DNA of 46,072 nt from positions 36,296,519 through 36,342,590 of the forward strand of contig NC_069000.1 of assembly GCF_001194135.2 (NCBI RefSeq). Direction: 5' to 3'. Positions 33,880-46,062 of this stretch are shown piece after piece; positions within the stretch are counted from its first letter, which is position 1, and every line of letters begins with the position of its first letter. The notes beneath the pieces were generated by a model, which saw nothing but the letters and a program-made list of their open reading frames with translations, had not been told where the DNA came from and made no database searches. This stretch comes from Octopus bimaculoides (lineage: Eukaryota). The translations under genes were made by a program, and so were the position numbers.

Positions 33880-34339
33880 TTAATGTCGTAAATCTATTGA
33901 TGTGATTTACTAACTTTGGGAACAATTTTTTTTCTTGTCCTACAAATTCAAATTTAGATTGCTGCTTATCACCATTGTTTTAATGTCGACTTTTTCATGC
34001 TTGTATGGGTTGGATAGAGTTTTGTTGAGGCAGATTTTCTACATTTGGACATACCTTCCTGTCATCAACCCTCAGCTGTTTTCAAGCAAGGTAATATTTC
34101 CCAGTGGCCAGACAATGTTTACACAAAATATTGAAGATGAATGACATTGCTGACACTCATTCATAATCATCACTCAATACCAAGATAAAGACACGTACAC
34201 TCACACTCACACACACAAAAGCTCTCTTAGATTAGTAAAGAATAATCAACCATTCTAACTCACTGATGAGATCAGTGGGACAAAATGCTTCACAGAATCC
34301 AGAAAATATTTCACAATGAGCAAAGAGCCTTTCCCCGAG

Positions 34340-34670
34340 CATCAGGATATTGCTTGTCTTTCACTCGACTCCACTTGGGCTATCTCCCATTGCTATCGTG
34401 TTTTCCTGGGACACTCTGCACTACATCTTCCTTGGTCTTCCTCTCGGCCTTCCTTCTCCTTCTGGCAGCTTTTCCATCACAGTGGTAATATGTGTCTCTT
34501 GTAGTAACCAAAGCTCATGGCCTGTACACCATATCTGCCACTTAGTCACCATCTCCTGTTGACTTCTCATGCTAGCTCTCCTCATTGCCTCTTTGTTTCT
34601 CATTTTGACCCCATAAGAGATGCCCAGAATTGAACAAAGGCAGTGTTGATGGATCAAGTCTAGCACATAC
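34340..34670 (-). mobile_element. Decayed RTE-type LINE ORF C-terminal fragment
   Basis: HCLCSILGISYGVKMRNKEAMRRA...WCTGHEL...EGRPRGRPRK (cf. CLRRILxIxWxDxxxNxEV...WxGHVxR...GRPR). Confidence 0.75.
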
Positions 34671-35290
34671 ACCTAATGGGCTTCTTTCAATTTCCATCTA
34701 ACAAATCCACTGGGGCCCTAGTAGAAGGCGCTTGCACAAGGTGCTACACAGTGGGACCAAACCCCAAACCATGCAGTTTGGAAGTAAACTTCTCAAGCAC
34801 ATAGCTACATCTACAGTTATATCAAGTCAAAATGGTAAACCAAGTAGCCACTCTTACCACATAAAAGGGCTCTGTCTTCAGGCAGTTCATTTTTCTCTTG
34901 TAGAAAATTATGAACAATATTTTTTAGTTTTCAAAAGCTACTCGGAATCTATGCTAAAAGTCTAGCAGCCCTCATTACAGAAGACAGGATCACCGTACTC
35001 CAAATCTAACCTTTTGTAATATTCTCTGGATTCTGTGAAGCATTTTGTTCCATTGATCTCATTGATTAGTCAGAATGACTGATTATTCCTTGCTGACTAC
35101 CTCTGACCATGAAAAGGTCATTTGATAATATGGTGCATTGATTAAGAAATTATAGCTTCTGAGAACACATAACATAACATTCTAATAACAGATCAACAGG
35201 ATTGATTTAAGAGTTCTGTAAACAGTTTCAAATTCAGATGATTGATAAACTCATTTAGTTGTACAATTGTTCTTACTGCTCTGTATTTAA

Positions 35291-35612
35291 CATTTCCCCC
35301 TTTTTTTTCACTTCACTGGTGTTTCTGTTGAAGTTTTTCCATTGTCTTTTGACATGTGTTGTTTCAGAAATGACTTTGGCAACATATTTAGTGAAGGAGA
35401 TTTAGCTGCTATTTCTATCATGTTGAGTAACTATGTAGAGGCACCCTTGTCGATTTATCTTTATCTCTTACTTATCTCTTAGTTCAGTCATTGAACTGTG
35501 GCCATGCTGGGGTACCATTTTGAAGGATTTAATCGAATAAATCAACCTTAGTACTTACTCTCTCAGTATTTTTTGCTGAACTACTAAGTTACAGGGGGCA
35601 TAAATAAATCAA
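35291..35612 (+). repeat. Local direct duplication, copy 2
   Basis: See 33250-33535; continues into a minus-strand C-group SINE to ~35880. Confidence 0.9.
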
Positions 35613-38035
35613 AACTGGTTGTCAAGTAGGAAGTGGGGACAAACATAGACATGCACATGCACACATGCATGCACACATACACACATGCAGACACATACAT
35701 GCATGCACACACACACGCACACATAATGAGTTTCCAATAAATTTCCATCTACTAAATTCATTTACAAGGTATTGGTCAGCCTGGGGCTATAGAAGATACT
35801 TGCCCAAAGTGCCATGCAGTGGGACTGAACCAGAAACCACGTGGTTGAAAAGTAAGCGTCTTAACCACACAGCCATGTCTGTATCTGCTCATCCATGCTT
35901 GTGAAACTTTCTTTGCTTCAAAGGTTCCTACAAGATCTGTTCAAGCAGAACTAGCTTAACCTTGAGCTTGATTTAATCGATTCAACATCACTACCTGGCA
36001 CTTCATTGCCATCCACTTGTAGAGTCTCCTGCCAGTGGCATATAAAAAGCACCCACTAACCTCTCGGAGTGGTTGCCATTAGGAAGGGCATCCAGCTGTA
36101 GAAACCTTGCCAGAACAGATTGTAGCCTGGTGCAGCCTCCTGGTTTGCACTTGTTTACTCTTTTTTGAAAAAGTGCATCATATGCCATTACATACATACG
36201 ATAGATTTGCCTTTTCTTTATTACTGTTCAGTCTGTTCTTGTACTAGTCTCATTTTTTCTCTCGATTGTACTCATCTTTCACGCCTGCTCATTTATACAC
36301 CAGCAGCTCATGTTGCTGACACAACTGAATTAAGCAGTATTTTCAAAATAGTGTCGAAATTGTGATGATTTTTGGTTAATAATTGATAAGGGGTTGAGCA
36401 TATCTATGTCCAGTTTTTTCTTCTTGTTTTCTGTATGTTCTTTCGTCATCCTTTCATGCCGCATTTTATTATGTATATGTGGTATTGATGCAAAAGTCTA
36501 ATGTTCACTTTATTGGCTATTTCCTATAAACTCCCTACCTAGGTGAGGTCACTGAAAATTTTGACATTTGAGTTATTAGACCTTGTGAATCACACTATGC
36601 ATATGGCATTCAGGTATTGAACTGCTGACCCTATATTCATGTTTCAGTCATTGTATTTTACTCTTTGGTACAGTATGTTTTGCTATAATTATTTCTTGGA
36701 ACATAGGTTCCACGCCTATTTTGTGGTGAGGAGTAACACTTAGCTATAAGATTATTCATGTAAAACATCCTAATTTAAATAAAGCATTTCATTTATGCTG
36801 TCATGGTAAAACGAATCTTTATTATCTTTTATTTGTTTCAGTCATTTGACTGTGGCCATGCTGGAGCACCATCTTGAAGGGTTTGGTTGAATGAATCACT
36901 CCCAGTACTTCTTTTAAAGTTTGGTAATTTACAGACTTATAAAGAAATCAACATCAGTTGTCAGGCAGTGGAAGGGTGTACAAAATACAGATACACACAA
37001 GTGTGTATATGTATATTTATATATATATATATGTGTGTGTGTGTGTGCAGGTGTGTGTGTGTTTATTTGATGGATTTCTACACAGTTTCCATCTACTAAA
37101 TTCACTCACAAGGCATTAGTGCCCCACTATAGTCACAGCCCAGAGACTAAAATGGGTAAAAAATAGATGAAAAAACAGAAGAAAAAAAACATGATAGTAA
37201 ACAGCTGGAACGCACGTTTGGTAGATCAAGTATAGCCTAAAACTAAACAAATTAAACCTTCTAGAATCAAGTGGGCAACAAATCAGCTGCCTTGGGTTTG
37301 AACTTCAGAACTATGATTTGAGCTTGCCGGTCTAGTACCATTTATTCACTAAGTTATTTCATTTGGATACCCAATGGTATAGTAGTAAGAATTGTGTTTG
37401 TTTTCAGTGAGTTTAACTGAACCGAACTGTGTAGTGTGTAATTTTTGGAGGTTATACTATTACTCATGTTTGTATTAGTGGTTCCTTGGTAACCCACTTA
37501 CCTACTACTTTCGTTGTCCTTGTTTAGCCTTGATTATCCCCTGATTGTACAAACTTTTATGATTGATGACTTTTGAGGTACCATGTAACCTTGACTACCA
37601 CAAGTAAACATTCTCATCAGCTTGATAAGCATCGTGAGCATTGACTGTGGTTATCCTCTTTCTATGTATCTATCCCACTCTTACAAATGACACCATTGGC
37701 TTTTATTTAGAAATTGTGTCTGACACTGGCTGAAATGAGGGACAACAAGATCACAGCTGGAATATCGTTGATCGTAGGCTTATTTGATCAAGATTGACCT
37801 CATTATTATGTGCTGCAACAAGTTCCCGTTTGCACTTTACTCCTTATTGCCTACTCGTCCCTTGACAATGGCATCTGTTGCTGGTATTACTGTGTGCAAT
37901 TAAAAACATGTATGATGTATATTAAACAATCAAGGGTTAAGAACCTATATAATCTGAGATGATATCTTAATTGTGTCTGATAATCTGAGAATTATGCTGC
38001 TCCAAAGTATTGGTTGGATAGATGTAGTAAGTCCA

Positions 38036-38259
38036 TAGGCGGCGAGCAGGCAGAAACATTAGCATGTCGGGGTGAAATGCTTAGCGGTATTTCGTCTGCC
38101 GTTAGATTCTGAGTTCAAATTCCGCCGAGGTCGACTTTGCCTTTCATCCTTTCAGGGTCGATAAATTAAGTACCAGTTACTCACTGGGGGTCAATGTAAT
38201 CGACTTAATCCCTTGTTTGTCCCCTCTATGTTTAGCCCCTTGTGGGAAGTAAAGAAATA
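38036..38259 (+). mobile_element. Full-length A-group SINE
   Basis: 16-bp TSD agatgtagtaa(g/a)tcca (38020-38035, 38260-38275). Confidence 0.9.
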
Positions 38260-39004
38260 AGATGTAGTAAATCCACATGTGTGTGCCATAATAAAACAAT
38301 ACAAATAACAAAAAATGACAAAAATCCAAATTATGTTCAGTTAATATTAGGTTGGCGGAGTAGTGATCTGGCAGAATCGTTAGCATGCCAAGCAAAATGC
38401 TTTGTGGCATTTCATCTGTGTTTACATTCTGAGTTCAAATTCCTCCAAGGTCAGCTTTGCCTTTTGAGGTCGATAAACTAAGCACCAGTTAAGCACTGGG
38501 GTCAATATAATCAACTTACCCTCCCCTGAAATTGCTGGCCTTTTGCAAAAATTTGAGACCTGTATTAAGTTGGTACTCTTCGTCTTTGTTTAATGTCCAT
38601 CTTCCATGCTAGCATAGGTGGGGGACAGTACCACAAGAGCTGACCAGGCTGAAGCCTGCACCAGACTTCTGTGACTGTTTTGGCAGGGTTTTTACAGTTG
38701 GATGCCCTTCCTAACACCAACCACTTAGCAGAGAAGTAAAAAAGTTATTGAGTTAGAAACAAAACACATAAATCTAGCCCACATTTTTTTTTCTGGCTCT
38801 CTTCTCTCTTTTTTAATATCCATTCCTCTCTTCTCAGTCTCTCTTGGATTTTCCTCTAATATTCAATGCAGGACACTATACTCTTTAACTTTTTCTGTTT
38901 GAGTGTCAACCCAATAATATGGACATCCCTCAGACTTCTTTTGCTTTTTGAATTTGCTTTGCAATACATGTGATATATATGTTGTTTGTTGATGTGTATT
39001 AGAG

Positions 39005-39305
39005 GTCTGCCTGGCACTCCTTCAGTTACAGCGACAAGTGTTCCAGTTGATTTGATCCAATCAACAGAACAGCCTGCTTGTGAAATTAATGTGCAAGTGA
39101 CTGAGTACTCCACAGACACATGTGCTCCTAATGTAGTTTTTAGGGAGAGTCAGCATGACAGTATGACAAGGCTGGCCCTCTGAATCATAGGTGCTACTCA
39201 TTTTTGCCATGGAATAAAGTGTTCTTCCTCAAGGACACAATGCACCACCAGGAATTGAATTCATGACCTTACGACCATGATCCAAATACTCTGGCCACTA
39301 AGCCA
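39005..39305 (-). mobile_element. Diverged B-related SINE
   Basis: ggcactccttcagttacagcgac...gaacagcctgcttgtgaaatt...ccactaagccac. Confidence 0.8.
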
Positions 39306-39569
39306 CGTATTAGGAGTAAATAAAGGGACCCTCTTTAGGTTTTCCACTTTTAGCAACTGCTCCCTGATCTTCATGGATGATGTGGGATTCCTGTCTAATA
39401 AGGGAATAACTTAAGTCCTTGTCACTGCAAAGAAGCAAGGTGTTTGTGTCTTATATTTATTGCTTCATTTCTGCCTTATCTTTATTGGTTTATTCAATGG
39501 TTTGTATGTATTCCATAAGACTCTCTCCTATCCTGTGTATCATTCAGTCTTAACTCTTTTGTTACCATG

Positions 39570-39783
39570 TTTCTTTATTGCCCACAAGGGGCTAAACATA
39601 GAGGGGACAAAGGGATTAAGTCAATTACATCGACCCCAGTGCATAACTGGTACTTAATTTATCGACCCTGAAAGGATGAAAGGCAAAGTCGACCTCGGCA
39701 GAATTTGAACTCAGAACGTAACGGCAGACGAAATACTGCTAAGCATTTTGCCCGGCGTGCTAACGTTTTGCCAGCTCACCGCC
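39570..39783 (-). mobile_element. Full-length A-group SINE
   Basis: Minus strand ggcggtgagctggcaaaacgttagcacgccgggc...caataaagaaa. Confidence 0.9.
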
Positions 39784-40017
39784 TTTACCATATTTCTGTT
39801 AACATATGCTGCCTTTGTTTCAATCAGTTTTTGAAATAATGAAGCATTTAGTAAAATAACTTTCTCGTTATTAAACTGGGAATAATTTAGCATGAAATTT
39901 TGTTGGAAGATTATAATTTAGAACACTTTAGAACAGTAAGTCTATATCATGGAACCTCCTGGAGTGGTCTCAGGCAGGTTGGTATCAAAGGGGTTGTAAT
40001 AGTGATTGTGTTTATTC

Positions 40018-40135
40018 CAGGGCGGTGGAGTCGAAACAAAAAACCTCAACTCCTCTATGTAATTAAGTGATTGCAGTCTATTATACCGACTCCAACTCCA
40101 GCTACCCCTTAATTGTTTCCGACTCCACAGCCCCG
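40018..40135. mobile_element. Small hAT MITE
   Basis: TIRs CAGGGCGGTGGAGTCG / CGACTCCACAGCCCCG; 8-bp TSD gtttattc / gtttatcc (7/8); internal cgactcc repeat. Confidence 0.8.
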
Positions 40136-40932
40136 GTTTATCCCCACCCCCCTCTTTTTTTTTTTAGTTTTACAATGGTTGAGTTGACATCTGATTGATG
40201 ACTCTTGAGCCTGAGATTATTTCTTACTTCAAGTATTTTGCTGTTGTCGTTTTTAGTCTCAGATCATTTCTGACAGTAAATTTATGTTGAAAGGCATTCC
40301 AACTGTGACCATCACATCTTTTGTGTGTGTAGGTGTGCTTTGAGTTAAAGTAATTAATCCAGTTTTGTTGTTTTACTCATTTCAAGCAATATCTTTTATA
40401 TGGTCAGTCAATTTTCTAGAAATAACCAATTTTCTTAGCACAGGCATAGCTGTTTGGTTAAGAATCTCACTTTGCAACCATGTGGTTCTAGTTCAGTCCC
40501 ACTGCATGGCAGCTAGGGCAAGTGTCTTCTATTATAGCCCTAGGCTGAATAATGCTTTATGAATGAATTTGGTAGATGAAAACTGCGTGGAAGCCTTTTT
40601 GTTGTTTGTCCCCTTACCAATGCTTGACAACTGGTGTTGGTTTGTTTACATCCTCGTAGCTTAGTTGTTTAGTATAATTGACCTATAGAATAAGTACCAG
40701 ACTTTAAAATTAATACTGAAGTTGATTCGTTTAACTAAACCATTATTCAAGGTGGTGTCCATGCATGGCTGCAGTCCAAGGTGATACACAGTGGGCCGTA
40801 ACCATGTGATTGGGAAGCAAACTTCTTACCACACAGCCACAACTATATGTATCTCATCAGTAAATCATAAATCCAAAACAGAAGCACACTCTAAGTTGTA
40901 GAGTATTTTGATAAAGATAGTTATGGCTGGTC

Positions 40933-41069
40933 TATGGGGTTAGGGTTAGGGTTTCACATCCATAAAGTGCTTGGCTTTATAGCGTTTCTTCAGACCCTAG
41001 AGCATTAGGACCTGAAGAAAGACTGTAATGCAAGCACTTTATGGACATGAAGCCCAGGGTAACCCCATA
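40933..41069. repeat. 137-nt foldback element
   Basis: Nested arms TATGGGGTTA/TAACCCCATA, GGGTTTCA/TGAAGCCC, CCATAAAGTGCTTG/CAAGCACTTTATGG, TTTCTTCAG/CTGAAGAAA around a tiny loop. Confidence 0.9.
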
Positions 41070-41274
41070 TGGAAGAACTTTAGGGCTGTGTGGTGCATGG
41101 AACCATTTTTTGCTATTCAGATGATGGTGTTGCAGGTATTTTGCTGCTGAGTAAGAGTTGTCCAGTTTGTGGGGGTGGGTGATTTTCATTGCCCAGTTTT
41201 AGTAGCACTATTTGACACTTGGGTTTCTTCTGCAAAGCGAACTCTGCTGCAACTATATTCTTCAGATTTCTCTC

Positions 41275-41309
41275 TCCACCTCACTCTCTCCACTTCTCTC
41301 TCTCTCTCC

Positions 41310-41342
<33 letters not shown>

Positions 41343-41360
41343 CCTCTCTCTCTCTCTCTC
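41275..41360. repeat. (CT)n microsatellite; others: (TA)n ~12200-12345, 19367-19460, 24820-24845, 24970-25000, 26160-26225; (CA)n ~29920-29985
   Basis: Directly visible simple repeats. Confidence 0.95.
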
Positions 41361-42702
41361 CAATCACTTTTTGTTTAACGTCAATATTAGTACATGTTCA
41401 AGATGGGCAGTCAGGTGGATGGATATTGCCAGTATGGAAGAGTCTGCTAAGGTTTTGTGGCATTTTTGTCTTCCCTCCTGACTAATTTATGTTTTAAAAA
41501 ATTGGTGAAATAGAGGAATTGATAAAGTGTGAGACAAGATACACTGAGTTCATGTCTTTTCATTCTTCCAAGCATAGTAAAATAATTACCAATCAAGTCC
41601 TGAAGTCATTTTAATATAAGGCTATAGCCCTGCCTCAAATTTGTGGTTTGTGCCATTGTTAGAAATTACTATTACAAAGGAATGGTATGCACAAACTTGC
41701 ACACAGACACATTCATATATACACTCATACAACAAGCTTCTTTCAGTTTCTACCTACAAAATCCATTCACAAGGCTTTGGTCAATCTAAGGCGACAGTTG
41801 AAGATACTTGTCCTAAGTGCTGCACAATAGGACTGAACTTGAGACAGAATAGTTGGGAAGCAAGCTTCTTGATCACATAGCCATGCTTATGACTTTTTTT
41901 TTCATCTGTGGTGGTGGGTGCAAAAACGTCCTTGAAGTAATTGTATCAAGGTATATGATTTTCAAAACATCCTTGACTTCTGATATAAAATAGCTAACAA
42001 AAGCTTTTGGTGTAAAAAATGTTTAGTCATCTGTTTGTGTTAGCATATATTATTTATGTAGTGCTAGTTGTTTTGATTGTTTCACATATCTCATAGTAGA
42101 TTGTATAGGTCTCCATGAGAATTCTGTGACTGTCTTGTAGCTGTTTTAGTATTTGTTGGTTGTAAAAGCAAAATAGTAAAATATCTAGATAATACAACTT
42201 AGATTTGAAAACAAAACAAAAATAGCGGTAACTATAAGATATTTGAATATTGTGCCCTTTCGCTTTGGAAAATTTTTTAATATAACATTTACCATATTTG
42301 ATGGCATAAAAGATACACAGGAATATTAAAGGCACCCCATTTTCAGCAACATCTATTCAGGGGATAAAAAAAAGTTTTTATTGTATTAGAGCATGTAATA
42401 TTTAATGCCATCTAGGGTGGTGAGCTGGTAGAATCATTGGCATGCCATGCAAAATGCTTAGCGACATTTTGTCTGGATTTATGTTCTGAGTTCGAATTCC
42501 ACTGAGGTTGATTTTGCTTTTCATCCTTTTGGGGTTGATAAAATAGGTACCAGTTGCATACTGGGGTCAATGTAATTGCCTTAGACCCTTCTCTGAAATT
42601 GCTGGCCTTGTGCCGAAATTTGAAACCAATATTTAAAGCAATCGCGCAGAACATTACAAAACTTTACAAAAGTACCTTAGCTAGAGCATCAAACATTACT
42701 AT

Positions 42703-43006
42703 ATCATCATCATCATCATCATCGTTTAACATCCGCTCTCCATGCTAGCATGGGTTGAACGATTTGACTGAGGACTGACTGGTGGACCAGGAGGTGACAC
42801 CAGGCTCCAATCTGATTTGGCAGAGTTTCTACAGCTGGATGCCCTTCTTAACGCCAGCCACTCTGAGAGTGTAGTGGGTGATTTACGTGCCACCGGCATG
42901 AGGGCCAGTCAGGCGGAACTGGCGACGGCCATGCTCAAAATGGTGTGTTTTACGTGCCACCTGCACAGGAGCCAGTCCATTGGCACTGGCAACGATCTCG
43001 CTCGAA
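42703..43006 (-). mobile_element. D-group RTE tail copy
   Basis: (cat)n tail through ...ggcaacgatctcgctcgaa. Confidence 0.85.
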
Positions 43007-45136
43007 TGTCTTTAAGAGAGTCTGTGAATTAAAATTAGCCTATAGTCGTGAGCATCAGGAACAACTTTAACTGATGGGAAACCCAACTTTATATAAAGGA
43101 TCCTGGGTGATTTCTTGAGACATTTTGTTTTTGAGAAAGAAATAAAAAATGCATGTAATATTTAAATCTAGCTCCTCCAAGGTCGACTTTGCCTTTCATC
43201 ATTTCAGAGTTGATGAATTAAGTACCAGTTGCATACTGGGGTTGATCTAATTGACTGTCCCCATCCCCCAAATTTTCAGGCCTTGTGCTTAGAGCGGAAA
43301 AGAATATTTAAGTCTAGCAGTACATTTACAAAACCTCGTAAAAGTACTTTAGCTAGAGTAGAAAATATTGGATGTAAAGAATAAGTTATTACTGTGAAGT
43401 GAGACTAGGTAGCAGACCATATGGATTAAGATTAGCCTGTTGTAGTGAGTGTCGGGGACAAAATTAGCTTATGGGAGACTCACATACTAGATGTGAGGTG
43501 GGGTTTCTTTTTTTTTTTTTTNNNNNNNNNNNNNNNNNNNNNNNNNNNNNNNNNNNNNNNNNNNNNNNNNNNNNNNNNNNNNNNNNNNNNNNNNNNNNNN
43601 NNNNNNNNNNNNNNNNNNNNNTTTTGGAGTTGGTAAAATAAAGTACTTGTCAAATACTGGGGGGAAGGGGGAGGACAATTAACTGTTCCCCTCCTCCCAC
43701 TGAATTTCTGGCTCTATGCCTTACTTCATTATTATTATTATATCATCTTTTGCAGCCTGTTGATACTGAAACAAGAAACCCTTTTCTTCAGTATAGTTGG
43801 ACCAATGCCAAGCCTATATTCTTGTTGTAGTTTCATTACCTGCTTCTGTCTCGAGAGAGTGAGAGTGAGAGAGAGAGATGGTCATGTTTACTGATTTACA
43901 GGGCTATTTTTAGCACTTTCTCTTCTGATAATTTACATTGAATAAATTTAAAGGTCATCTTGCCTCTCCTATTGTTTGCCTATTGCCATAAAACTGAAGA
44001 ACAACTAAATATTTCTCGGTGCTGTTTGTTGTTGGTTTAGTTTAAACTGGGTGAGTGATTATTATAGTCCGTTTCCTCATATTGATTTACTTGCCAGGCA
44101 ACAAGCTTCCCTGACACTAGATTGTTGTTGAACCATCTGATGAAGAGATAATGCTGTTAGAATTATGTGTTTTATGTTTTTCTCCCCTCCTTCTGCCATT
44201 CCAACAAATATTATGCTTTCAATCTATAAATATGTTTGTGTATGTGTGTGTGTGTGGGTGTGGGTGTCTGGTGCTTTAGACCACTTGGCCAGAGGAATTT
44301 TTTTTTATACAGTCAATTGGTCTGCTAGAAATAGCAATGAGATCTTCAAATTACACTCTACCATCTTTGACCTTTTGCTTGTCCTGCATATCGCATGATA
44401 TCACATATGATACACAGGATGTATTTCCCTGATATCTATGTATCATATATTCATTTCCAAGAGTGACTTTGGAATTATGAAAGTAAAGTCTTATATTACT
44501 TAAAAGTCTGGAAACAAATGTGGATGTTTAGGACATGTTTATGAAAATGCTTTTGGACAAGCAAAGAGTTCAAAGTCAAGGACATAAATAATGTAGTTCT
44601 TGATATACTATGACTATAAAAAGCATTGGAGCTACCTTTCCAGTTTGTGGATGATTTCCTCCTCAACCATGCTCTCAGGTCATGTGAAAAATAAATAGAT
44701 AAATAAAAAATGATGCAGTTGTTCAGTTTCAAGATTTCTTAAATGAACGTCTGCATCAAAAATTGTGGGCAAGTAGTGAGTGATGTCCTGAGGGTTAGAG
44801 TTTTGGAAAGAATAGACTGGTCAAAATGTTTACTGAAAGGATTTGGGAGATGGTATAGTAAAGGTCATAAATAGGCCTTTATGGCAAGAGTGTACAGATA
44901 TATTACATTTATGTATTTATTTTGAAAGATTCTTGATGTGAAGATGATTGTTGAAACATATATTGTTATACTTGGCGATGGTCATCTTTTGATTAAATAC
45001 GTGCACAACATATTTGGTTTTCACTTTTGTTTTATTATTATTATTTGGAGTTTTGAATTAAAATCTTCCACCAGACCTTAGTTATAATTTATGTTCCTAA
45101 CACTAGCTTAATGATATCTAAGTTATTTTACTAAAT

Positions 45137-45430
45137 TCATCATCATCGTCGTTTAACGTACGCTTTCCATGCTAGCATGGGTTGGACGATTTGACTGAGG
45201 ACTGGTGAAACCAGATGGCTACACCAGGCTCCAATCTGATTTGGTAGTTTCTACAGCTGGATGCCCTTCCTAATGCCAACCGCTCAGAGAGTGTAGTGGG
45301 TGCTTTTACGTGCCACCGGCACGAAGGCCAGTCAGGCGGTACTGGCAATGGCCACGCTCAAAATGGTGTATTTTATGTGCCACCCGCACAAGAGCCAGTC
45401 CAGGGGCACTGGCAACGATCTCGCTCGAAA
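45137..45430 (-). mobile_element. D-group RTE tail copy
   Basis: Same extent as 42703-43006, ending ...ggcaacgatctcgctcgaaa. Confidence 0.88.
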
Positions 45431-45656
45431 GTCATTACACAATTCTTTGTTATATTTAAAGTAATTGAAAGAAACACAGAGCACCTCAAGATAAATACAG
45501 TAACGAAAGGGTTAAAATGCCTGATGTCAAATTAGCATTGAATCAGCAACACCAAATTGGTGCTGCTTAACCCTTCAACATACAGATTACTCTATCAAAT
45601 GCCATGCTTATAAGTGCCTGCCTTATCTTGTAACTTCAAGATTTTGAATATCTGAT

Positions 45657-46062
45657 TTACTCTTTTACTCTTTTACTTGTTTCAGTCATTTGACTGCGGC
45701 CATGCTGGAGCACTGCTTTTAGTCGAGCAAATCGACCCCAGGACTTATTCTTTGTAAGCCTAGTACTTATTCTATCGGTCACTTTTGCCGAACCGCTAAG
45801 TTACGGGGATGTAAACACACCAGCATCGGTTGTGAAGCGATGTTGGGGGGACAAACATATACACACCCACATACATATATATATATATACATACATATAT
45901 ACGATGGGCTTCTTTTCAGTTTCCATCTGCCAAATCCACTCACAAGGCTTTGGTCAGCCTGAGGCTATAGTTGAAGACACTTGCCCAAGGTGCCACGCAG
46001 TGGGAATGAACCCAGAACCATGTGGTTGGTAAGCAAGCTACTTACCACACAGCCACTCCTGC
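45657..46062 (-). mobile_element. Full-length C-group SINE
   Basis: Head gcaggagtggctgtgtggtaag, CORE-like domain, internal (TA/TG)n, (gtaaaaga)n tail. Confidence 0.92.

Noticed and set aside
44125-44170. CTGATGAAGAGATAATGCT as a second hammerhead
   Set aside because: No GAAA follows stem II and there is no stem I partner; at most a decayed relic.
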